A stretch of 63,768 bases of DNA, counting the filler, from Kipferlia bialata (Eukaryota), in NCBI GenBank assembly GCA_003568945.1. It is 5 parts of 4 records of this genome, joined end to end, with 100 filler letters (N's around TTAATTAATTAA, not from the genome) between each part and the next. Parts side by side here need not be neighbours in the genome. Positions count along the whole stretch, not along the records: positions 1 to 20,753 come from BDIP01000030.1; positions 20,854 to 45,678 come from BDIP01000038.1; 3 more parts are not named here. One strand, 5' to 3'. Below, one piece after another: positions 13,830 to 25,349 of this stretch (position 1 is its first letter; the number at the start of each line of letters is the position of its first letter). A program made the position numbers and the translations under genes. The notes beneath the pieces are model-generated. The model worked only from the letters and a program-made list of their open reading frames with translations, ran no database searches and was not told the DNA's origin.

Positions 13830-16350
13830 GTGGATGGTATGTACCATGAGTTGCTATGGGCTATGGATGACGATGACAGGGAGACAGTCATCAGCTTCTG
13901 CCTCGGGGTGGCCAGGCATCTGATAATCGATGAAGAGGTGGGTAGGGACTGGATATATTGCATATACTTATAAGTGAACTAACAGTATGATCTATTGTGT
14001 GGTGAGGACTCTGAAAGGTATCTTAGTTGGGGGGGGGGGGTTGGGGGGGGCACAAGCCTGTAGTATAATGAGTAAATATACTACTACTGGAGAGTGCACC
14101 CCACTATACAATTATTCCTGTGGGATTAGTCTAAATTGTGTGTCTCACTGTAGGACCCAGAGTTTGCCCTTTCTGTCGCCAATGATACCAAGCTGCTGCC
14201 TACTATCATATCATACCTCTCGGAGGGGTATCCTGCTGAGTCATTTGAGGCTGGGTGAGTGGTACTATTACCTACATCATTAGAAGAGTATCGGACCGTG
14301 TGCATGTTATCTGGTAGTGCACTGTATCCCCTGTGTTCAATGTACCACCGTCTCACCCACAAGTTCCCTGATCGCTCTTGTTTCTGGTCTGGCACCCAGT
14401 GGGTATTACGGCCACCCGATATACTCATGGCCTGTGCAGCGTATGGTGGAGGAGGGTGTGCTAGCTGTGATGGCCCCCTACGTCCACAGGGGTACTCTAG
14501 GTATGGCAACTGTTTTATGATAGCCTTTCACACTGTATTAGTACATACACGTAAGTATTGGTAAAGGATATCTCACCAATCACAGTGTCTGACACTGCTG
14601 TGAAGGCCCTCAACAACATCATGCACCACTCCGTCCTGGCAAGGGATACGGTGCTGCAGAACCACACGTTGTTGGACGAACTGCTAGCATACGCAAGGCA
14701 TACATTGTGGCATATGCCAGTCGCTGGAGTCTCTTCAACCTTGAACCCCCTCTCATACTGCGCATCACTTCCCTCTCTGTGTATTGCTATGTGACTCTCC
14801 CGGTCTAACACTCCAGACACGCAGAGACAGACACTGAGGTCGACAATGCCATCGACACACTCCACAGACTCACCCTGTACGTTCACCAATAAGTGTATGT
14901 CATCCATCTCTCTTCGAAAGTCATATCGGGTCTCTCATTATGTATGCTTGTTGCTAGGTTCTAACCCCAGTGGATTGCCCATGCCTCTCTTCTCAGACAT
15001 CAAGGAGGTATGGTCATGTCTAGCATATATCCACAGCGCAGTAATACTGAGAAGAGAATTCAATTCTTTCAATGTCCCTGTGTCGTGTTCCTGAGCCCAG
15101 GTACTACCCATTGCAGCCGAGTACATCAAGACCAGACAGGAGGAGTGGGACCTGGAGAGGCTCATAGCCTGTATCCACATCTACACCATCATTGGAAGAA
15201 GGTACGCCTCATCCTACGCATTGTGTAGCTAATTCAGTATCATCTTCTCTTTGAGGTGCATTGCTCTGACATGTTCTTACACTCAGTGCCGACGATCCCA
15301 CCGAAGCACTCATGGACGTAGTGGGGGAGGACCTAATCCCTAGGTAATCACAGCTAGTAGTAGTAAGACCATTTGTGACGTAGATAGCAGACTATATTGC
15401 TAATATTCCTCTTAGTCATTCACAATAGTCAGTCATGCTTCTGTTGGGGCACTCTCTTACTTCCCTTACACAGACTGATGGAGCTGAGTCTACATGCCGA
15501 GCCGATTGTATGGAGAAGTGCCGTAGACATCCTACACACAATATCCCAAGACATATCCCCAAGCCTCCTAGGGCACGGGGTCATGCAATACCTCCAGGTA
15601 CATGTATATAGTCCCATTTGGTCCTTGACTGATATACAATCTCTGGAATATGAGATTAGATGTGTCTCCACCTGACACTTCCAGACGCTGATGCTACGCT
15701 TCGAGGCAGAGGGTGAGGATGAAGAGATGAGGTGGCTGGTCTGCAAGATGGCCAATGCCGCTGCCTTCGGGGAGACGCCAGAGTCTGAAACCAATGTTGA
15801 GATGGCAGTGAGTTCAGGTACCAGCAGATATCCCTCTCGATACTCAATGACACTTCCCTTACTCAAGGCTACGTAGACAGTGCTGTGAGGCAGCTCAGTA
15901 TCTGTGGTAACCCCTCTAGACGGTCTGAGTGTTACGGTCACTCCTCGTTCCTGCTCAACCTCCTATCCACTTGGAACCCCCTCGCCCTAGGTAGTCCTAA
16001 CCACACATATATAGTGCCACTCGAACTAGGGTATGCATGTACTGATGAGGTGTGATTCCCCGATATGCATTGGTTACTGACCCACCAGGCCAGCTGGAGG
16101 AGGACAAGAACTTCAAAGCCATGGTCCAAGCATTCGAGACACTGGAAGAGACTGCGCCTGAGTCCCCTGACAGGTGTGTGTAGTGCAGTGTAGTGTATGT
16201 AATGACAGGTCTCTCACCACCAGTGCCTCCTACCTCGCAGACACTGTGTGGTTCCTGCAGTATGTTCTATATGAGGTGTCAAGCTACCACCACGACCACT
16301 CCCACGGCCAAGACCACCACATGTACTGGGTCCAAGAGTTCCAGGCCTAG
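13830..16350 (+). CDS. Armadillo/HEAT-repeat protein, divergent importin-alpha-like
   Basis: Spliced segments VSDTAVKALNNIMHHSVLARDTVLQNHTLLDELL, DLIPRLMELSLHAEPIVWRSAVDILHTISQ, LLGHGVMQYLQTLM..EEMRWLVCKMANAAAFG resemble importin-alpha ARM repeats. Stop TAG at 16348-16350. Confidence 0.55.
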
Positions 16351-16782
16351 CTGATAGTATCAGTGATAGCCTATCAGTACCAGTATCAGTATAGGTGTGA
16401 TACGTATCCAGATTTGTGGATCGCTGTACTTGTTGAAATATATGGAAGACTATTGTATGCGACATAGACTTTTTCTCTCTGAATGACATCGTGGTGTCAA
16501 AGTCCCCTCATCGGTGTATCTGTGACGCTAATAGAGACAATCACTACTTGTTCCTCTTGAGTATCCTCTTCGGGGAGAGTATAGGATATTTCACTATTGG
16601 CTGTCCCAGACACACCTCTGTACATATTCCTGAAGTGGCGATAAATCCAGCCTTGCTGGTCGCATGGTATAGAGTAAGAGGAGAGACAAGGCGCCATTTC
16701 AATAAGGGTCCCTTATTAAGGGTCCGCTGTATTTGTTGTGAACCGTTCGTCAGCCAACTAGGTTGAACGGCTCTCCACGCCG

Positions 16783-17454
16783 ATGACAATCCACAACGTC
16801 TGTCGCCGCACTGCGAGCGCACTGTGGGTTCTTGCTGCGATAAGACTCTTTCTGCCTGTTCTGCTCTATGGCCTGTTCTGGGAGGACCTGAGTGAGGCCG
16901 AGAGAGAGGAGGGTGATGAGATATTCAGGTGGGAAATAGTGGTTCCATTGAAACTCCCTTGTGTTATGCTACTTCAGTAACCCCCCCCCCCCAAAACCTA
17001 CGTCAGCGTGGCACAGCTGATTTATATTGATGCCTTGATCATGGGCACAATTGGCGTTGTCGGCCTCAAGTACTGTACAATAGGTAATTCCAGTGACATA
17101 TATACCTCTAGTAAATTCGCCGTTGCTAACTACACATGTATCTTCCTACCCATTACCGGTCTATATCGTTACTCGCAGGCGCCATCCTCTCCATGCTCTA
17201 CCCTATGTGGCTGCTACACATGTTCTACCTGCAAGACTGTGTCTTTCGTGTGCTATGGGCCATGTTCAGGTGGAGTGTTACACACATGAATACTGTATAC
17301 TATGTAGAACATATACACTATGTATACTGCACTGAGGGGGGGGGGGGCTATTCATGTGGTTGTATTTGAGTCTGTTTCCGTGTAGCAACCATTTACCATC
17401 AGGGCTGCTCTCTTCGGTGTAGCACATTACACAGCCCCACCCAAGACCAATTAG
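16783..17454 (+). CDS. Small multi-pass membrane protein of unknown function (4 exons)
   Basis: Exons splice in frame: MTIHNV..LWVLAAIRLFLPVLLYGLFW / VAQLIYIDALIMGTIGVVGL / GAILSMLYPMWLLHMF / AALFGVAHYTAPPKTN*. Confidence 0.5.
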
Positions 17455-17995
17455 TTCCTCCCAGTTAATACTGATACTGAACGATGTACGTGTGGGGAGT
17501 CCAGAGAACGTGATATACCATCCGTTATTTGTACTCAGCATTCGAAAACTCTCAACAGTGTAGTATTGGCAAGCAGCGTGTCAACCTACACGGATACGAT
17601 AGACAGTGACTGGACGTTGCAAGCTCCCCAATTGCTTAGTAAGCTTAGCCAGGATCAGTATCTAGTCGCCCCCTGACTCGGGGGGTCATTTTCTCTCTCT
17701 ACGATTCCTGAGAATATTCTGGTTGTTGCCTTAGTACTATTTATGATCCTCAATCGATGGTGACACAAGATGACTTGCACTTTGTACCGCAGTGTGACTG
17801 TATCACCATCAGTGTCTATATCGGCTGCTTCTTGGCTCTAGCACTCCTCAATACTAGCTAGACTCGTGCTGCAGTATATGTCCAACTGTGAAGGGTATGC
17901 AACTACCCAAGAGTACTACCGTCTTCCCTCCCTAGAACCTAGTGTAGATACTATCTAGAAAACATGTGATTAATTATCCCTTGTTCATTCACTGT

Positions 17996-19884
17996 CTAGT
18001 ATCTAATCCTGTGCTGCAGTGTCTGTGCCACTGTGACCGTGTCTCTGGGCTGGGCATCCCCCTGGGTCAGGGTGCACTTGACCTGGGCGTGAGGGATAGC
18101 AGGATATATAACTGTATATAACTGTATATATACTAAATGAACCATTCTGAGTCACGATGCACTTGACCTGAGGGAGATTGTTGTGATTGACACATATTAA
18201 TGACACCAACCTTCCCAGATGTCCCAAATGCCGACACCACCACCGCCTGTCCCCTCTCTGTCCCATCACTGGTGAGTATGGTGCATGCTAGACCCCCCTT
18301 GGCAGAGGATATGGCGGTGGAGGCTGCAGTGTTGTCACTGAACAGACCGGACACAACAAGGCCAGGGCCACCGTCCTGGGGTTGGGGGGCGTATGAATGT
18401 GTATACACATACACACGTACTGGCCACTATACGTGAAACACAGAAGGACGAGATATGCCAGTGTCACTGCAAAGCATGTGTACTCATACCTTGTCCCTCC
18501 TGAGCACATGGCCAGACAGGGTGGAGGTGCATAGCCTGGGGGTGGGGATGGACAGAGCTAGTAGGCACAATAGTACATAGTACACTAGGTAATAGTTGTC
18601 AGCATCTAGTAAATACACACAGGTATACACGCCTTATGCACGGCAAGTCGTGTTCAAATATCTCATGTTCAGTAAGGAGAGGAGTAATTATATGGATAGA
18701 TAGATACACACGACCCCACCTTCTGTACGGCAGGTCGTACAGAAACGGCTAACAATAATTTACATGTATTATCATGAGAATGATACTGTGAATGATAATG
18801 TGTATCACTGCTAACCTTCTGTACGGCAGGTCGTGCAGGTCTGCCGGTGTCTCTATGGGTGTGAGTGTGAATGCCAATCTACACTGTCCGGCCTGGGGGG
18901 GGAGCTCTAGACGGGCACCTAGGTGTTAGTATCAGTAGATATCTATATACATACACAGATATGTATATATCTACGTGGGTGGTCGGGGAGCACAGGGCGG
19001 GTACCTGGGGTAAGGGGATATGGCTAACTACCTACTGTATAGGACTCATTGTCACTATCAGTATATATACTTACACTCTCCCCACCTAGCAATGGGTGGA
19101 TATATATATATACATGAATGCAAAAACATATATACAATACATTATATGTATAGTCTCTCTCTCTCCCCACCTAGCAGTGGGTACTGACCCAGAGGCAGTG
19201 GAAGGAGGAGGGGGGCCTTCAACTGGAGGACAGCAAGCATCCTGAGGGTAAGTGCACACACACTGACCTAATGAACAAACCTACAACACACTGTACCCAG
19301 AACACGTGTATATGCAAACACACCTATCCCCCCTAGGTGCCTCCTTCCCCTCTGCCATGTGTCTGGTGAGGGTATATACAATATATGTATATATATATAT
19401 GCTATACACACCTATCCCCCTTAGGCATTGTCTTCCCCTCTGCCATGTGTCTGGTGAGGGTGTCCTTGAGGGTAGACACCTGGGTGTTGACATCCTGGGG
19501 TGAGGGGTAGAGAAATGCTACTGAACACTGCTTGTTGAGTCACCGGCACATGGACAGGTCCTGAGCTATATATACTATACAATACATATCCCCCCACCTG
19601 TCTGGACTGTGTGAAGACTGGGCCCTCACTCTCATAGCCAAGCAGGGTCAGAGTGCCTGGGGTGGGGGTATGGGGTATCAGGCATTATACGAGAATATGT
19701 ATATATATATCAATGCATATATATGTCAATGAATGTACCCACCTTGCACCGTATCATGCCCTGCTGTCACACTGAATGTCTGCCCTGAGTACATGTCGTA
19801 TGTGAAGGAGGGGATGGGGTCCAGGTACCCAAGCACTCTGTCACACACAGTGGTCATGCCTCTAGGGGTCAGATGCAGTGTAAG

Positions 19885-19919
<35 letters not shown>

Positions 19920-20752
19920 ATATATATTGCATTGGTACATTATATATGATGTGTCACACACAGTGGTCATGCCTCTAGTGGTCAGACAGTGTCATAAGCC
20001 AGTCCGATAGCATATATGACAATTGAATATACATACGTGTATCAGTATAGTACTGATCCATGTGCCACAGACACTGGCCACGCCTCTAGCGTGAGTCAGT
20101 TCATAACAGTCTCACACAGGTGTCAATATACACCACCCCACCTCTCTCCCTCTGTTGTCTCCCGAGGTGCAGCCAGTATCAGTATCAGTATCAGTATATA
20201 CACTTCTACACAGAACCACTAGATATATATACACTCACACTCCATACCTCTCTCCCTCTGTTGTCTCCCTGGGTGCTGTCAGGAACCCTCTCTCACTCAT
20301 GGCAGAGAGGTCAGGGCCCTGGGGGTTAACATTGCTGATAGAGAATATATATAAATATGCCATACCAACCCACCTTCAGCAGCACCCCTACTCTCTCCCC
20401 CACCGATGCCTTGGTGACAGAGGCACCAAAGGCCTGGATGGACTGGACCTGGGGGTGGGGGTTATATGATATATATGTTCATATATATAGGATATAGGAT
20501 ATAGGAATATTACACTAATAGAAGAGTATGTGCCATCCGTGAATCTAGTTTGTTGGCAACGTAAGTACACTGTGCTACCAATGTGCCCATACCTTGGAGG
20601 GTGTGGAGGCCGAGGTGTCACCTGGGGGTGAGACAAGTATGACAGAGGAGGGCCCAGGAGAGAATAGTACAAAGAAGGATACACTATCAATTAGACACAC
20701 CTTGCAGAGCAGGCACCACCACTGCATTCCCCACTGCCATGGAGCCAGACAT
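17996..20752 (-). CDS. EEFSEC: Selenocysteine-specific elongation factor eEFSec/SelB, domains II-IV; GTPase domain lies beyond the contig end
   Basis: Spliced peptides in the order seen in eukaryotic eEFSec: MSGSMAVGNAVVVPALQ, KVQSIQAFGASVTKASVGERVGV, FSVTAGHDTVQGTL, LAVLQLKAPL, GARLE..GQCRLAF, LVVSGLFS, VVSAFGTSGKVKC. Compare recalled human LSGSISLGDSVEIPALK, VKSMQMF, FHITVGHETVMG, GSRLD..CRLAF, SAFGQSGKFK. Confidence 0.85.
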
Positions 20753-20753
20753 A

Positions 20754-20853
20754 NNNNNNNNNNNNNNNNNNNNNNNNNNNNNNNNNNNNNNNNNNNNTTA
20801 ATTAATTAANNNNNNNNNNNNNNNNNNNNNNNNNNNNNNNNNNNNNNNNNNNN
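20754..20853. other. Artificial scaffold linker (N-TTAATTAATTAA-N)
   Basis: Six-frame stop 12-mer at 20798-20809 centred in an N run. Confidence 0.95.
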
Positions 20854-22047
20854 CAAAAGTATGGAATATTGCCAATACTACATAGTCAAATACCCTATGT
20901 TAATAATAGTTCTGTGCAATATAATAATACGTATCAGTACCGTGTCATTTTACGTATATATATAATAAATTTTCTCTTATTCTCTTATTAATCTTCAATA
21001 ATGGTATTCCAAATAATACTGCTGAGTATTCTGTCTCTATCAGACCTAATACTGTATTAGTAATACCTATGTGATGGCGTCAAGGAGGCTATGCATGTAC
21101 CCGTTCAGGTCCAACCCACTGTCGTTAGGCTTATAGAAATATGGGACAGAATAAATGTAATGATACTAATATGTATCAAAAGTTTTGATTCAAAACATAT
21201 ATTTTACTGTTTAGAATAGAAGAGACATTCTCCTAAGAACCAACCTGTCGACCTTCTCTTTGATGGAATCCTCTCAGAGGATGATCCTCTGAGACACTCT
21301 CAGGGATGTGGGTCCTGTCCTATGATGAGAATATACATAGAGAGAGAGGGGGGAGGGGGAGAGGGGGGGGAAGGAGAGAGACAGAGAGTTCCTCTGACAG
21401 GAGCTCGGGGAGGTCGTTCCTATCCTTGGATGAGACTCTCATCATGAGAGAATATGTAATAGTGTATTGATACATATATATTTATACAGAGAGAGAGAGA
21501 GTTAGAGAGGGGGGAGGGGGGAGGGGGGAGAGAGACGGAGAGAGAGAGAGTTCCTCTGAGAGGAGCAGGGAGTTCGTTCCTCTCATATAATGAAGAGGGA
21601 GAGGGAGAGAAACAAAGGCAGTGATCGCATGCACTACTGGGAGTCCCAGTCTGGGACTCCCATTCTGGGGGGAGGGCAGCTCTAACGCATCTCACAGCGA
21701 TAAATACATATATTTGTCATAAATGGGCTGATCCTTATCCAGCAGTGGGTCAAATATGCGGAAAAGGCTTGAGGACCACAGAACCTGGAGTTCAGGCCTG
21801 AACTCGCTGCATCTGAGCTTGCCTCCTACTGGTCCCAGGGTCTGGTGGTCTTGCTTGTGGAGCTGTAAAAAACGACTAATCATTCTCTTTAGATATTTCC
21901 AAGCTGTCATTGCACCCAGTCCATGTAACTAAGTTATCGCGTAATCGTATGAGTAGGACTTTCCACACCATTTCTGATTTCTCCGATTTCTCCGATTTCC
22001 TTGTGGAGACTATATACTTGTGGCATACTATCTTCAGTACAGTTAGT

Positions 22048-24904
22048 ATGGCACCAAAGCGTGATGATGCACAGAGACAGCCGTCTGGAGGGAGCGCCCA
22101 AGCTTCTAACGCCAGCAAGAAGGAACACAGAGTCAAGGTACAGTCTCATACTGTACACTCTCAGTGTATGGCCCATATAGTGTATGGGTCTGTATTTCCC
22201 AGTCTCTCTGGTTATCATGTACCTCACACTCTGCATAACTCACTCTCAGGGTGACTGTGATGCCTCTCCTGTAACTGATGGACCACCTGAGAGTGTGAGA
22301 ACACATGTGATCGGCCTTGGCGGTTGTGGTGGTGGTAAGTGATGATTATTCACCTTTGACTCTTATGCTATACTGAGGTCCCCCCCCCCCCCCACGAAGA
22401 CTCATATATCACTCATAGGAGCTGCGTACTATCATTCCTTCGACATAACGCCATATACAGTCGTTATCACTAAAAGCATTGTTCTACCCAATGTGAGATA
22501 GTGGAACACAATTGCACCCTTTTTACCAATTGTTTTTGCACTAGTGCTATTTGTATGTCTCTGTGCATTTGACCTAAACAGCTGACATTATCAGTACTTC
22601 AAATATTCTTTGCTGCTTCTGCAACGACTCTAGGAAGTATCTTCCAAAGTATATATCAAAGTCGAGTTGAACACGCATCTTACCACCAGGCAGCTTCGAC
22701 TTTGGACCCCTTGCTGCCTTTATGGCACAAAGGGATGAGCAGAGACGTGAGGTCGCAGCTGCTCTCGAGCAGGGGGGTGCAAGCACCACTGCTGTCAAGC
22801 AGAAGGGTGCAGGTACCACTGCTGTCAAGCAGAATGGTGNNNNNNNNNNNNNNNNNNNNNNNNNNNNNNNNNNNNNNNNNNNNNNNNNNNNNNNNNNNNN
22901 NNNNNNNNNNNNNNNNNNNNNNNNNNNNNNNNNNNNNNNNNNNNNNNNNNNNNNCCCGTACCACTGCTGTCAAGCAGAATGGTGCCCGTACCACTGCTGT
23001 CAAGCAGAAGGGTGCCAGTACCACTCCTGTCAAGCAGAAGGGTGCAAGTACCACTCCTGTCGAGCAGAAGGGTGCTCTCACAGCAGCCCTGCAGGAGGGA
23101 CAGCCGGATGCCGGAGATGGCATGACTATCCTAGCAAAGCTCCGTCTCTCACTCAACTCAGAGCAGAGAGACGACTTTGAAGCCCTTCTGATGCACCAGA
23201 GTGTGGCACTTCGTCAGGGTCTGCCCATCCCAGGGCTCTACATCCCACCCCTTGGAGCCCCATCTGACACATCACGTGGTAAGTCACTGCCAAATCTCGT
23301 ATGTCCAATGTCTCTGCATCATTGAGTACTAACCTTTAGGTGGTGGGCGCAAGAACCCATTCCTTTGCACCTGCGGCAGGTAACTGACAGAATACTGCAC
23401 TCATTTCTCTTCTATTATTGCACAGGAACTAGGATTTCCTTTTTCCTATGATCATTATTCAATGCAGTGATATACACAATACCTTATGTACCATATGCCA
23501 TATATATCATCATGTATAATATATATATTATTAACCATATATATCCGTGCCAATCATCAGTTCATTCCGCACTGACCAGGCACTGAGAGATCACTGTCGC
23601 ACAGTGCAAGACACCTACCCGGGTAATTCGAATTTAGCTTTGCTTTAAGACCTGCACTCATTAGAGAGATGTTTCTCCTTGTGTCTCCTTGTCTATCTCA
23701 TATATTATTATAGTTGCTCCCTATGCCCAGTCATATCCGTTCATATCAATTATAGGATTGACCCATGTAAGTCTATGAATCATGTATTATGATGGGCTAT
23801 CTCTCTATCGCTAATCAAACAGATCTCATGCCACACTACAACTCCGCCCACTATGGAGCTACACCCAGTCTACCCAGGTAACCTCAGTCTCCTATTTGCC
23901 GAGGGTATCAGCATCCTATTCGAAGTTTCTATTGCGGTATTTGATGGTCAAGAGGACTCCCTCATGTATATAGTATACCCACCCAGCTTGGATACCCCTT
24001 CCCCTCTTTCCACGCCTGACCCCCAGAAGAGACCCAAACATAGTGGTAAATCTGCGAAAGAAGCTCAGAGACACCCAGGTAATCAAGCTTTAGCCTCACT
24101 AGCTGCCCTATGATACTCTTGCTGATCCCCAGCGTAACTCAAAGGACACTGAAGAGGAGTTGGCACGTGCAACCAATCTGACGGAGCTGTTACGGAGACA
24201 AGTGGATGAGCTGAAGGAGGATGCCAAGTCCACACTGGAGTCGTTCAAGTGCAGACTGGGTATAGGTAAATCCCCCACATATATATGTATATATATATAT
24301 ATAGATATATAGTGCAGACTGGGTATAGGTAAGTCCACCACACATACATATATATATATACATATATATAGTGTGGATATAGCATCGTCAATTGAGCTAA
24401 CCCACTAGTCCACGCTCTCAACTCGAGGGCGAGCCACGCTTTCTTCCTTGTTCACAGTGACCACAAGGTGTTCTCCAAGGCAGAGAGGGCACTGCTTGAG
24501 TGGAAGGTGTTTCTGCAGGTCATGGATGGGACATGGCGCTGCAGCCAAGAGAGAGAGGAGGAGTTCCAGGACCTTGGCACTCGTGTGAGGAGATATGTTC
24601 TCAATCTCTACCCCTGGGCCCAGACCTCTGTGATGGAGAAGTGCGGCATCCTCAGGTTACTGAGGAACAAGCCAGTCCACACGTACGTTGTATATGAGTT
24701 CTGAGATTGCTATCCGTACCTTGGGGCACAACGTAACATACCAGATACCTTACTAATCTCAGACTTGGCGAGATTGAGGCCATGAAGAAGGAGCTGAGGA
24801 GGTGGATAGCCGAGATTCAGATGTCAGTCAACATCAAGGAGCTCGCACTCTTTGACAAGATGCTGGACGAGGCCACCGAGGCCAGTACACAGACAGACAT
24901 ATAG
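22048..24904 (+). CDS. Hypothetical multi-exon protein with 10-aa repeats, a C2H2/C2HC-like zinc finger and a coiled coil
   Basis: MAPKRDDAQ start; (GASTTAVKQK)n repeats; FLCTCGR|SFRTDQALRDHC split by an intron; EEELARATNLTELLRRQVDELKED; stop at 24902-24904. May be more than one gene. Confidence 0.5.
22777..23073 (+). repeat. 30-bp coding minisatellite (ggtgcaagtaccactgctgtcaagcagaag-like), interrupted by an N gap
   Basis: At least 6 visible units encoding G[AS]xTT[AP]VKQ[KN]. Confidence 0.92.
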
Positions 24905-25349
24905 ACAAGTGCGGATACACTGAAGTAGGGACTTTGACAGTGGAGTAGGGACTTTGACAGCAAGGCTGCTGAAATAGCGTATGATTCAACATAATAGACC
25001 ATTTCAATATAGTCTCTGATCAGCATAGTGATGGCAGGAGTTGCTCCAACTCATGGATCACGAGATACATGAAGTGTCACCTCCTGTCTTGAACTCAGTA
25101 GTCACGTGATATATAGGAGAATAGACGTTGAGAACTAACTGATCATATTCTTGATAGCTCTTCCACTCGAAGTTCTAGGACTGTACTATCCAGTCACTAT
25201 TTACATAGAGTAGAAAGGCAACTGTATCTCTACTTCTAGAAATACATTTGGATATATTATGCAGTGCGGCGTTGCGGTTGTCAAGTGAATGCTCACTGCT
25301 GTGTTGGGGTCACCGCCGAGGGATGTAATCACTCTCGCGGCCCTCATTC

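Noticed and set aside
17550..17680. GTGTAGTA (U2 snRNA branch-pairing motif) near eEFSec; also hairpin ctcctagtggttaggag at ~60864-60880
   Set aside because: Flanking U2, tRNA or SECIS structure was not recognisable; an Infernal search would be needed.
20990..21930. Minus-strand exon-like pieces with a duplicated segment (~21388-21420 vs ~21550-21580)
   Set aside because: Could not be assembled into a supported reading frame.
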